Shown here: positions 30,901 to 42,900 of the stretch, one piece after another
Numbering within the stretch: the first letter of the stretch is position 1
Layout of the letters: each line of letters opens with the position of its first letter
Assembly (NCBI GenBank): GCA_964468955.1
Contig: CAYXXB010000001.1
Coordinates: forward strand, 1-58,792
Length of the DNA stretch: 58,792 nt
Origin: an uncultured Clostridia bacterium
Lineage (GTDB): Bacteria > Bacillota > Clostridia > Christensenellales > Borkfalkiaceae
Direction of reading: 5' to 3'
Notes under the pieces: model-generated
What the model was told of the DNA's origin: nothing
Databases searched by the model: none
What the model saw: only the letters and a program-made list of their open reading frames with translations
Made by a program: the position numbers and the translations under genes

Positions 30901-33900
30901 GTAGCTTTTGCGGTATGCCCATCAGGTCCGCTTGCGTCCTTCGTCGCGCCGCTAATTGCAACGGTGCATTCGTCAAGCTTTCCGGTGATAGCGTTCGTTA
31001 CAAGATAGCCGGCAGCCACTTCGACGAAAGGTTTATGCTCTGTTGTACCGTCGTAAACGCATATGGGGTCGATACCCAAATCGTCAAGGACAGGGTTACC
31101 GTCTACGTAGTGAGTTTCTTTCGACCACTTAAGCGCAACCGTCTTAGGCGTAACGGTCGTGTAAATTACCTTTACGTCGGTCGTGCCGTCTTTCCAGCAA
31201 TACGTGTCTTTAAGAGTGAACGCAACGTGGTATGTACCTGCGTTGACAGCTTCGATTTTGACAAGTCCGTCACTGCCGACGCTTTCTCTCATAACTGTTG
31301 TGTCATATTCGCCTATCGTCATCATGGACAAATCGATATTTTCTATAATCGACTGCCAGTTGCCGTTATAGGTTCTGGGAGTTTCCAAAGCGTTAGGCTC
31401 GGGATCAACGGGCGTACCGATAGAAGCTTCGATGTTTGTTACGTCGTCGCTTGCAGTCTTGGAAATCGCGAAAATGCTTCTATTTGATACGAACACCGTA
31501 TTGGGATGAACGTCGTTATACATACCGAAGCCGCTGGTGAATATGCCTGCGTTGAGACGGTAGATACCGATTTTCGCTTCTTCAGTGAATTCGGATACAA
31601 CGTTGAGCTTTTTCGTAGCTAAGTTGAAGAAGATATCACAGTAATCGTTAGGTTCTACTTCCCTATCTCCGCCAACGTTTGTTTTATCCATAGCGATATT
31701 GTTATAAATACGCGCGCTGCCGCCGACAGACATAGTACCTGCACCGTAAACGCGGATACCGTTTTCACCGGTGTTTGCGGTAATTTCGCCGCCCGTGACG
31801 GTTACATTGCCCGTACTTGTGACGTAAATTGCACCGCCACCGTCGTTTTCAGACGTACCGGTTGCTGTGTTGCCCGTAATCGTACCGCCGAGGATATCGG
31901 TCTTGCCCGCAGAATAAATACCGCCGGCGCCGATAGCTTTGTTGTTGGAAATAGTACCGCCGTTCATCGTAAAGTAGGTACCTGAACCGCTGTTTACGAA
32001 TACTGCGCCCGCGCTCGAACCGGTGTTAGCCGTGATAAGAGCGTCTCCGTCCATAGTGAACTTACCGTTGCTCGCCACGTAAACGCCGCCGATTACCGCG
32101 TAGTTTTTGGTTATAGTACCGCCAGTGAAGTTGACCGTACCGGTTGTGTAAACCGCACCGCCGCCCGATTCAGCCGTGTTGCTTTCAATCGTGCCGCCCG
32201 TCATAACGAACATTCCGCTGCCGGCAACATAAACCGCGCCGGAGTACTTTGCAGTGTTGGAAGAAATCGTGCCGCCGTTCATAAAGAACTTGCCTGCCGA
32301 GTAAACTGCGCCCGCACTTGCGGATTGCGATTCGCCCTTATTGTTGCTGATCTTGCCGTCGGTCAAGGTTACACTGCCCGTAGCGCCTATGTGCAGCGCG
32401 CCGCCGGAAGAACCGGTAAGGTTAGCACCGCCCGTGATGACGCCTTCAGATCTGTCGCAACAGGTAGGAGGAATAAGTCCCGCGGGATTATCCACCTTGT
32501 TATTTACAATTTCAAGTTCGCCGTCGGCATAGATAACCATACCGTTCTGAACGGAAGTCTTCAAATTCCTGTTAATCTTATGACCGTTGAGGTTAAGTGT
32601 TACCTTAGCACCTTCTGGAACATACAGAGCGCCGTTGCGGAATGCGGTGCCTGAACCGAACGAAGTCGTAAGCTCTTCGTCGGCAGCCGCCGTCCAGCAA
32701 CCGTAGAGCGTGAATTCCTGAGCTTCGCCCGTAGCCAAGCTCTTATCAACCGTGAACTGCCAATTTACCGCGTTGTCAAAGCTGGAAACTGACAATTCGG
32801 TATATCCGTCGAATACTTCCGTCTTGCGGTTGTAAATTGCAGGTTCTTCGGATACGAAGATGCTTGCGTAAGGATCTGCATCGTTGCCGTTTTTAGCGCC
32901 CCAGCCCTTAGTGAGCTGACCTACGCTCTGGCGCGAGAAGCCTATCTTCGCATCATTCGTCAATTTTGAAGCGACGTTGATAATGCCAAGAGGATTTTCA
33001 AGCCTTAAGCCTGTGCCTGCAGTTCTGTTTTCAGTATAGATGTAAGCGTTGTCGCCTACGCTTACGGAAGCAGCCGTGTTCTTGCTTACGAATACGTCCG
33101 CATTGGTGTTGCCTGTAATCTTACCGCCGGTCACGGTGAGCGAACCTGCATTTACGTTAATACCGTAAATCGAGTTGCTCGTAATTGTGCCTGCGCCGTA
33201 AGTACCGTAGAGGTTGGCTTCGTCGCCGTTCAATACTAAACCATCGGGCTTGATAAGTCCGCCGACCGTCAGGGAAGCCGTATCCTTATTGACGTAAACG
33301 CCGTAGCTGCCGCCCTTGATAACGCCCGTCTGCATTATCGAGGAGTCGACAATCTGCAACGTGCCTTCTACGATAATTACCACGTTTATCGCAGGATACT
33401 TGATATCGTTAGCCAAACCGTGGTTACGGTCGAGAACGTTACCGTTGAGGTCGAGAACTATGTTCGCGCCCGCAGGTACAAGCAATGCGCCGCTGCGATA
33501 TGCCGTCGAGTTAGTGCCGAACCTTGTAGTGTACGAACCGCCGCTGTAATTTGCCGCCGTCCAATTATCTACCAATGAGAAGTACTGAGGTTCTTTGTTA
33601 GACAAACTTGCCGTAACTGCGAATACCCAGTTATCGTTATTGTTGTTGGAAAGCATTACGGCTTCGCGCTGTGCGCCCGTACCCGTTGAAGCTACTCTGT
33701 AAGTGTTGACAGCCGCTTTGAAGCGCGTTTCGGGCTTGCTTGTAGGATTGTATTTACCCCAATCCTTCGTGAATTCGCCGATTATGTTTCTCTTTACGAA
33801 GATATCGTTCTTGGTTACGTCCTCACCTGTAACAAACGCCGATGCAATTTCGATTAACGGCGACGTGTTGCTCCAGAAAGTGATATCTTCTCTGCGTCCG

Positions 33901-36900
33901 TTGGTCAAGTAGTTGTCGGAGAACTGTACTGTGCCGCCCAACGCAAGCTTACCGCCGGTTATACTGATTGCACCCGCGCCGCCCGAACGGTTATCGGTAA
34001 TCAAGCCTGCAAGAATTGTGACTTTGCCTTTGCACGCACAAATTGCACCGCCGTAGGTTCCGCGGTAGCCGCCCGTAATCTTACCCTGAACGATATTTCC
34101 GTTTCTGTCGGTTTTAGCCTTGCTGTCGATAATGATAAGCTCGCCTTCGACGTGGAATACCGCGCCTTCTGAAATGCCTTCTACCCTGCCGTGGTAACCG
34201 CGGTCGATAGTGTTGCCGTTGAGGTCGAAAATAATCGACGCGTTGGTAGGAACGAAAAGTTCACCGCCGTTATAGCCCGTACCGGAGCCGAACGAAGTGC
34301 TGCTTGCACTCGTCTGCGTAGCCCTCCAATCGTCGTAGAGGACGAACGTCTGCGTTTTCTTCAGATCCTGACTTGCCTTAACCGTGTTAGCCCAGTTGAG
34401 CTTGTTGTCGCGCAGGGTCATCAACGCCTCGTGAGTGCCGTCCTGATTGTAATCCGCAAGCGAATAGCTTTCGGGATGGTCGGTCGAGAAGACTGTGGTT
34501 GCTTCGTATTCGTTGTTGAGAAGGTTCCAATCCTTCGTGATATATCTGCCTGCCGCAGGAACGTGGTTAACGTTTACGGACACGCCTATTCTTGCGTCTT
34601 CCCTAAAGTTATCGCTTATGAACAACTTGTTGGTGTTGGTTTGAATATATACGTTGGATTCCTGATCAACGACAGCATTCAAATTATCAAGCTGTTTGTT
34701 GCCGTGAATATAAGCCGAACCGCCCAATCTTACGGTAGCGCTGCCGTCTACGTAAACACCGCCGTAATCTTTTCCGTAGTTGCCCGTGATTTTACCGCCG
34801 AGCATAGAGAAAGTAGAGCCGCCGCTGAGGTATACGCCGCCCGCAAAATTCTTTGCTTTATTGCCTGTGATAGTACCGCCTTCGATGGAAAGCGTACCTT
34901 GGTAAACCGCAATACCGCCCGCTCTGCCGTTGGAATACGACGTGCTGTTACCGTCAGTGAAGCCGCCGGTGATTCTACCCTTCTGGTCCGGATCACTGTC
35001 TTTTATGACGAGAGTACCTCTTACGTAGATAACTTCGCCGTCCTTAATAGGCGACACAAGCGCACGGTCTATTATGTGACCGTTGAGGTCGAGAATGACG
35101 TGGCACTTTGCGGGAACGTACAACGCGCCGCGATAGAACGCGCTCAAGCCTGAAATATCGCCGAACGATTTAGTGAACGTACCGTGAGTATCCGCCGTCC
35201 AATCTTCGAAAAGCGTGCAGACCTGCGCCCTGCCGCCGTTGGCAAGACTCGTCTTGACCGCGTGCGCCCAGTTGGTAAGGTTATCCTTGCCGATGAACGC
35301 CGCTTCCATACTTGCGTCGTCTAAGTAGCCTTCGTCTACTATCATATAGCGGTTGTCATCCGACGTGAAGTACGTGGTGGGTTCAACCGTCTTATTGTAT
35401 TTACTGTAGTTGGTAGTAAGAGTACCGGAACCGAAGTTAGAACTACCTTTTGCCCTCATTACGCCGAACTGAGCGGATGAGCCGAATTCGGAAATAATGT
35501 TAATCATCTGCGTTTCGTTATGCAGATAAAGGTTTGTTACGTTGCCGTTGCTGAACTGATTGCCGGTAATTCTTGTCTTACCGCCGAGTGAGAACGTGTT
35601 GTTGCCCGCAAGGTATACGCCTACGCCGTTGTTGTCTGATACGGCGCCGCCTTCCATAGAAAGCTTACCTTTGCTTACAACGTGGATACCGCTCGCGTAC
35701 TTGGCGTCGTTGATGCTCGTACCCGTAGTCCAGCCGCCCGCAATCATACCCGAGCCGCCTGTCGACGTGTCGATTATGCTGAGTTTGCCTTCTACGTAGA
35801 TAACGTAGCCGTCATCGTTTGCACGGGGCAAGTCACGGTTAATCAAGCCGTCGTTGAGGTCAAGCACGATTTGCGCGCTTGCAGGAACGCGGAGAGCGCC
35901 TTTGGTGAACGCCGTCGTGTCCGAACCGAACGAAGTCGTTTCGTTGTTTCTCGTTGCGACCCATTCTCCGAACAGCTTGAAGGTCACTTCGGTCTTGCTG
36001 GTCGTACTGTAAGTTACTGCGTTCTTCCAGTTAGTAGCGTTGTCATAGCAGTACAGAGCCGCTTCAGTTGCGCCGCCGCTTGTCAAATCGATAACCTTGT
36101 GGAACGGGTCATCTGATGCGAAGAAGAACGTAGAAGCAGGTTCGCTGTTGTAACGGCTGTAATTGCTTGTTATCTTGCTTCCGCCCAGGCTACCATCTGC
36201 ATAGTTGTTAACCGACTTGTAAACGCCGATGTGAGCGCCTTCGGTAAGCGTATCGGTAACACCCATAACGCCGGTTTTAACGCCGAACACAACGTCCTTC
36301 TGAACGCCCGCGCCAGACTTGTTGCCTTCAACTACCGCCTTGCCGCTTACGCTGAACATTGCGCCGTCTTCGATATATACGCCCGCATAGGTGCTTTGGT
36401 TATTTATAACCGCAGCGTCCTGAAGCATGAACGTACCGCCCTTTACGACGTATACGCCGCTTGCCGAGTTGGTTGACGTAGAAGCGTTCCAGTTGCCCGA
36501 AACGGTACCGCCGAGCATTTTAAGAGTTGCTTTACCGCCGACGTGGATACCGCCCGCATAGAAGTTGGTGTTATTTCTGTCGTTCTTACCGCCGGTAATA
36601 ATTGCTTTATTATTTTCGTCCTTTTCAGCCGAATCATAAATAGTCAATTTGCCGAGAACGACGAATACAAGACCGTACTGACGTGCGGAAGTTATATTTC
36701 TGTTAATCGTCTTGCCGTTCAAATCCAGCTCGATGTTAGCAGTTTCGGGAACGTAAAGCGCACCGTTGCTAAAGCCCGTACCCGAGCCGAACGAAGTGCC
36801 TAAGCTTGCGTCGCCGTCCGCAGTCCAGTGGTCGGTAAGACGAACAGTCTGAAGCTTGCCGCCCGTTTTAACGCTTTGGTCAACCGCGTATTGCCAGTTG

Positions 36901-39900
36901 GTGAAGTTGTCGGGTGACAGGAAGAATAATTCGCCGTCGCCGCCTTCGATACCGTAATAATTGTCGTTTTCAGACTTGAAGCATTCGAGAGGCGAGTTGC
37001 CGGGCATATAAGTCTGGAAGCCCGACGTTACGGTGCCGTTGCCGAGTCTGGTAACGCCGATAACCTGCGTAGGTACAAGCTGTTTATCTACGTTTATAAG
37101 CGCGTCTTTGACTGCAATATAAACGTTTTTGGGAGCATTCGAAGCATCCGTGTTGCCGTAAATATCGATAGCTCCGCCGAGGGTAAGTTTGCCGCCTTTA
37201 ATTACGTGAATACCGGCGCCTTCGGTACCCTTATTCTCTGTAATCGTACCGCCGTGAACGGTAAGCACGCCCGTGCTGTCGACGATTATACCGCCGCCAC
37301 CGTTCTTGTTGTTGCCGCCGACAATCATACCGCCGCCGACAGAGTCTATAATTTCGAGGTTGCCGAGAATGGTGATTACAGCACCGTTGTCAACCGCAGC
37401 TCCGTCGAAAAGCCCTCTGTCGATAGTGAAGCCCTTAAGGTCGAGAATTATGGACTTCTTTGCGGGCAGGTAAATCGCACCGTTCTTGAACGCCGAAGTG
37501 TCCGAAGGATGGAACGTAGTACCGTACTTTTCGCTGGACTCCGCCGTCCAATTATCCGTAAGCTCGAAGGTTATCGTAGTCGTAGCGGAGCTTGCCGCGA
37601 CCGCGTTGACCCAGTTGGTGTAGTTTTCCATACACCAGAACGCGCCTTCTCTGCCGGTGTCGAGGTAAATGGTTGTAACGTCGTGCCATAAATACCAGCT
37701 GCCGAAGAAGTAACGGTCGGGAGTATCGTCCGCGTCAGGGTGGAAGTTCGAGAAATTCTTTGTGAACTGAACGCCGCCCTTGCCCTTTGTCGCATTATTG
37801 TAGTTGTTGACCTTGTCGTTGGGCGAAATGCCTATGTTCGCGCTCTTGTTGAACTTCTGAACGATTTCAACGTAATAGTTTGCGGCATTAAAGTGAACGT
37901 CGCTGCTGTATTCGCCGAAGTTGTGCTTATTGCCGAATATCTTTGCGCTGCCGCCGAGCTTGAGCGTTAAAGACGTTCTGAGGTTGATAGCGCCTGCGCC
38001 GGTATGCGCATCTTTAGGACCGCCGTAGTTTTCGGTAATCGTACCGCCCGTCATCGTGAAGGTGGTCGTCGTAAGGTCGAGAACTATCGCAGCACTCTGC
38101 TTGCCGGTAGCGCGGTTGCCCTTAATGGTGCCGCCTTCCATAGTAACGGCGCCGTTGCCGAGAATTGCTATAACCGACGACTGGTCGTATTCGTTGGTGC
38201 TTTCGCTGTTGTTGAAGCCGCCCGTAATTACGCCCTTTCCGGTTGTGGACGAGTCGATTATTTTAAGCATGCCTTCAACGCGGATAACGTAGCCCAAGTC
38301 AACTGCCGCCCTGAAGCCTCTGTCAAGAGTGCAGCCTGCGAGGTCGAGAACTATGTTTGCGTTAGCGGGAACGCGGAGCGCACCGCCGTTTGCCGCATAG
38401 AACGCGTTTACCGTGCTGTCTACGCCGAACGAACCTGCGTCCGAAAGCCAGTCGTCTACAAGCTTGAACGTAATCTGCTTTTTATTGCCCGTAACGCTCG
38501 CCTTAACCGCATACAGCCAGTTGAGCTGGTTGCTGCTGGTGTAAAGCGCGCCTTCGCCGTTTTCGAAGTTGTAAACGTACATCGGGTCGGTACTCGTGAA
38601 GAAGTCCGTAGGAACTTCCGAAGGCATAAACTTCTTGAAGTTAGTCGTGAAGTCGCCTACGCCGTCGCGGGTAAAGCCCGTCAGTCCCCTGCCCTTTTGC
38701 GTGAGCGGGGAAATAATGTCTATCATCTGAACCGCGTTGTTTGCAACGATGTCCGAAGCAAGCAGACGGTTATTCGTGTTGCCGGTAACGATTGCGCTGT
38801 CGCCGAATGAGAAAGGAAGAACCTTGTTGTCCGACCTTGCAATTTCAACGCCGCCCGCAATACCGATGTTGCCCGTGATTTTACCGCCGAGCAGGGTAAG
38901 CGCGCCGGTCGCGTCCTTATCGCGGTAAGTGATGCCGCCGCCCGTATCCGTGCTGTAGCCGCCTGTAATCACGCCCGACTTGCTTGCCGAACTGTCGATA
39001 ACCGTAAGGTTGCCGATTACGTTTATAACGTAGCCCATCGTTCTGGGCGTGGTAAGACGCCTGTCGAGCTTGTGGCCCGCAAGGTCCAAAATTATATACT
39101 TGCCCGCGGGAACGTTAAGTCCGCCGTTTGAGTACGCCGCCGTTTGAGTGCCGAACGCCGTAACGAAAGTGGTGTAATCTTCCGCAAGCCAGTCGCGGTT
39201 AAGCGTAACGGTTATAGGAGCCGCCGCGGTGCTTGTCGCCGCGATGCCCTGACGCCAGTTCTGCTCGTTATCAATGCAGATAAGCATACCTTCGATGCCG
39301 GAGCCGAGGTCGCGCTTGCCGATTACGTATTTTAAGGGGTCGGAAGCTTCGAAAACGTCCTTAGGCTCTATCGTCTTGTTGAGAGACGCGAAGCTTGAAG
39401 TGAAGACGTTATTGTCAAGGTTTCCGTAGTTGTTGCCAACGTAAGCAACCGCAATTCTTGCGCCGCTTTCGAACTGTGAGTAAACGTTGATTTTGTTTGC
39501 TACCGTGCCGCCGTTGTTCAAAACGTCGGAAGGCGCGCCTGAAAGAAGCTTGTTGCCGTAAATCTGCGCTTTGCCGCCGAGGTATACCTTTGCCGCGCCG
39601 GAAACATTTACACCGCCCGTGAAGGAGCCTGTGTTGTCGGTAATTACGCCGCCCGTCATTATAAACGTATTGTTCGCGTGCGTGTCGGTATAAACGCCGC
39701 CCGTTGACAGCGCGTGTCCTACCGCGCGGTTGCCCGTTATAATGCCGCCTTCCATTATGAACTTGCCGCGGTTGTTGATGCCGCCGCCGACGTAGTCGTC
39801 ACTCGAAGTAAACGTATTATTACCGCCGGTAATCTTGCCGCCGCCGACAGAGTCAATCAACTTAAGCGTACCGCCGTCGGCAATCAATATGACAAAACCA

Positions 39901-42900
39901 TTGTCGATGCCGGAACCAAGCGCTCTGTCTATAGTGTAGCCCGCGAGGTCGAGAATTATATTGGCGGCGTTAGTCCAAAGCGCACCGTTTGTAAGCGATT
40001 GATTATCGGACGCGTCGCCGAACCTGCCCATCGTATCCGCGGTCCAGTGTGAAACAAGCGTTACCTTACGCTGAGTACCGAGCTTGACGCTTTCGGTAAC
40101 CGCATTATACCAGTTGGTGTAGTTATCCCAGGTATACAAGGCAGCTTCGCCCGTTTCCGCACCCGAATCTATTACGAATCTGTCGGGATCGTCCGCTACG
40201 AAGTGAGCCGCCGCACCATCCGTATGGTAGTGAGCAAAGCCGTTTGTAAAGTCGCTGGAAGCTTCGAAATAAATACCGCTCTTTTCAGGTGAAGTGAGCT
40301 GAGATTCCGTTCTGTCGAACGTGATTACCTGTGCGTATTTTGCGCGCAGGTTGATATTCAAAGGCTTGTCGAACGTATTCTTATTGCCAGTAACGACAGC
40401 GCTTCCGCCCATTGCGAAGTAATTTGCTTTAGTAAAAGTGGTGTCTACAAACGTTGCGATACCGCCCGCGTCGCCGATATTGTCGGTAATCTTACCGCCG
40501 TAAATCGAAAGATACGTTGTTGCGGAGGTGATATTGATGCCGCCCGCCTCGCCTTCCGTCGAGTTGTAGCCGCCCGTAATGATACCGCCGCCGACAGAGT
40601 CTCTTATTTCGAGACGGCAAGTGCCGCTTGTGTTTAAAACGTAGCCGTGTTCTATGCTGCTGTCAAGTGCGCGGTCCAATCTGAAGCCGTTGAGGTCGAG
40701 AATAATATTACTCTTGGGCAAGTCTAAAGCGCCCGTAGCCGTAAAGCCCGTGCCTGTACCGAACACGCCGTCTACAGCAATCCAGTTTTCGTAAAGCTTA
40801 ACCGTTATGGGCTGCCCCGTAACCGCGTCTCTGCCCGCATTAACCGCGTCCGACCAGTTTTTAGCCGCACTGCGTATCCAGTAAGTAGCTTCCTTTGCCG
40901 CGCCCAAGCCGTATTCGAGAATAATACCGTAGCTTGTATCGGAAGAGAAGAAGAAATCCGAAGCGGGCTGCGTGTTATACGTGCCGTAACCGCGCGTGAA
41001 TATGTTGCCGTTCGTCGTTTCCAGCGTGATGTTGTTTGTATCCGGTCTGTGAATACCTATCTTCGCGGGAGAAGTGAGCGGGCTTATTATCTCTATTTTA
41101 TAATTGGCGCCATCGTTCATATGCGCGACGGTAGAACCCGCCGTTGCCGAAGGGTTGTAAATGTCGCTGGGATTGCCTACGCCGAATTCTTGACAATCGT
41201 CGCTTTGGAAGTTGTTTAAAATTCTGGGATTGCCGCCGAGCGAGAGCGTACCCGACTTAAGCGAAACCATACCTATACCGCCGGCAAAATTGCCGAGGTT
41301 GTTGGTAATAGTACCGCCCGTAACAGTGACTCTGCCGCCCGCAACCTGTATGCCGATTGCGCCCGCGCCGAACATAGTCGTTCCTTTCGAATCGGTTGCA
41401 TTGGACCTGTTGCCAGTTATATTGCCGCCTTGAACGACAAGCGTGGAAGACGCGTTGGTAAGCGTAATTGCGCCGCCCGTGTAAAGACCTTTATTGTTGG
41501 AAACAAAGCCGCCCGTAATGGTGCCTGTTCTTGCGGTAGAGCTATCCTTAATATATAATGTACCGCCGACTATATTTATAACGTTGCCGTACATCATACC
41601 GACGGAATAATCGGATAAGCCTCTGTCAAGAGTGTGACCGTTCAAATCGAGTACGATTGCGGAGCCTGTAACTACGTTCAGCGAACCGTACCAGTACGGG
41701 TTCGTAGCCGCCGTGCTTGTATCCGCTTCTTCGTCGCCTAAGAACGAGGTGCCGAAGTTTGCCGTTGCGTTGTCCACAGCCGTCCAGTCTTCGGTAAGCT
41801 TAACGGTGTACAGCTTGCCGTTGAGTATCTTACTCATCGTGACCGCGGTACTCCAGTTGTCCGCGCCATGCGCAGAAACCATAACTGCTTCGCCCGTAGT
41901 CTCGTCCGTATCTATGAAGCAACCGGGCTTTTGAGCCGTGAAGTAATTTGCAGGGTTTGCCGTACCGTTATTCGCGGGGTAGCCCGACGTAATGGTGAAG
42001 AGTATATCCCTGTAAACGCCTATTTTCTTGGTGGTCGTAAGGGGTTTAACTATGGTGATAAGACCGTTATCAATCTTATCAGTATCCGTAAGCTTAACGG
42101 AAGGAAGATGGACGTCGTTTGCCGCGCCGTTGGCGGTGTTGCCCTCTATTACGGGGTTGTCGCCTATGGCGAAGTAATTGTTTTTAAAGCCGAAGCCTAT
42201 GCCGCCCGCTTCCGTTTCCGCTACGTTGTTTATAATTTTGCCGCCGAGCATCGTAAGCCTTAACGCAGCCTGTTTTGCGGTCGTCGTACCGCCGAGGTAA
42301 ACACCGCCTCCCTTTAACGCGTGGTTGCCCGAAATTTCGCCGCCGTTTATATTGATGTCTGCCTTGCCCGCGTCAACGGCATTTATGCCGCCGCCGTTGC
42401 CTAACGTGCCGTCCGACCTGGTTATAGCCGTATTATTGCGGACAATACCGCCGTTGATGTTGACAGTGCCGGTATTTATGTATATACCTGCGCCTTGGTT
42501 AGCGTAGTTGTCTTCGATAATACCGCCGCTCAGGGTAAACGTTCCCGAACTCGATACGTGAATGCCGCCGCCGTTGCCGGCAGTGGTGGCGGAACTATTT
42601 ATGTTGTAGCCGCCAGTGATTTTACCGGTCTGAGCTGCGGAAGTATCCGTAAGCTCCATAGTACCGCCGTCAACCTTAATTACGTGTCCGGTTGTCTGAA
42701 CTGCGGTAGCCGCGGTCAGACCTCTGTCTATCGTGTGACCGTTCAAATCGAGAACGATACTCTTAGCTGCAGGAACCTTTAACCACAAGTCCGACGTGGA
42801 GTTGTAGCCTTCGTTATGGTCGGTAAACATCTTGCCGTTAGCGTCTGCAGTAAGTTCCGCAGGCGCTACGAATTTGCCGCCAACAGCGATTATATCGGCA

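Noticed and set aside
22866-38810. Many long plus-strand ORFs inside the giant gene (e.g. 22866-23705, 27522-28334, 30840-31487, 34191-35153, 38004-38810; up to 320 aa)
   Set aside because: They are antisense to a frame with clear periodic domain structure. Their translations are R/V/C/F-rich nonsense without motifs, RBS or promoters. The G/T/N/A-codon-rich sense strand simply depletes stop codons on the opposite strand.
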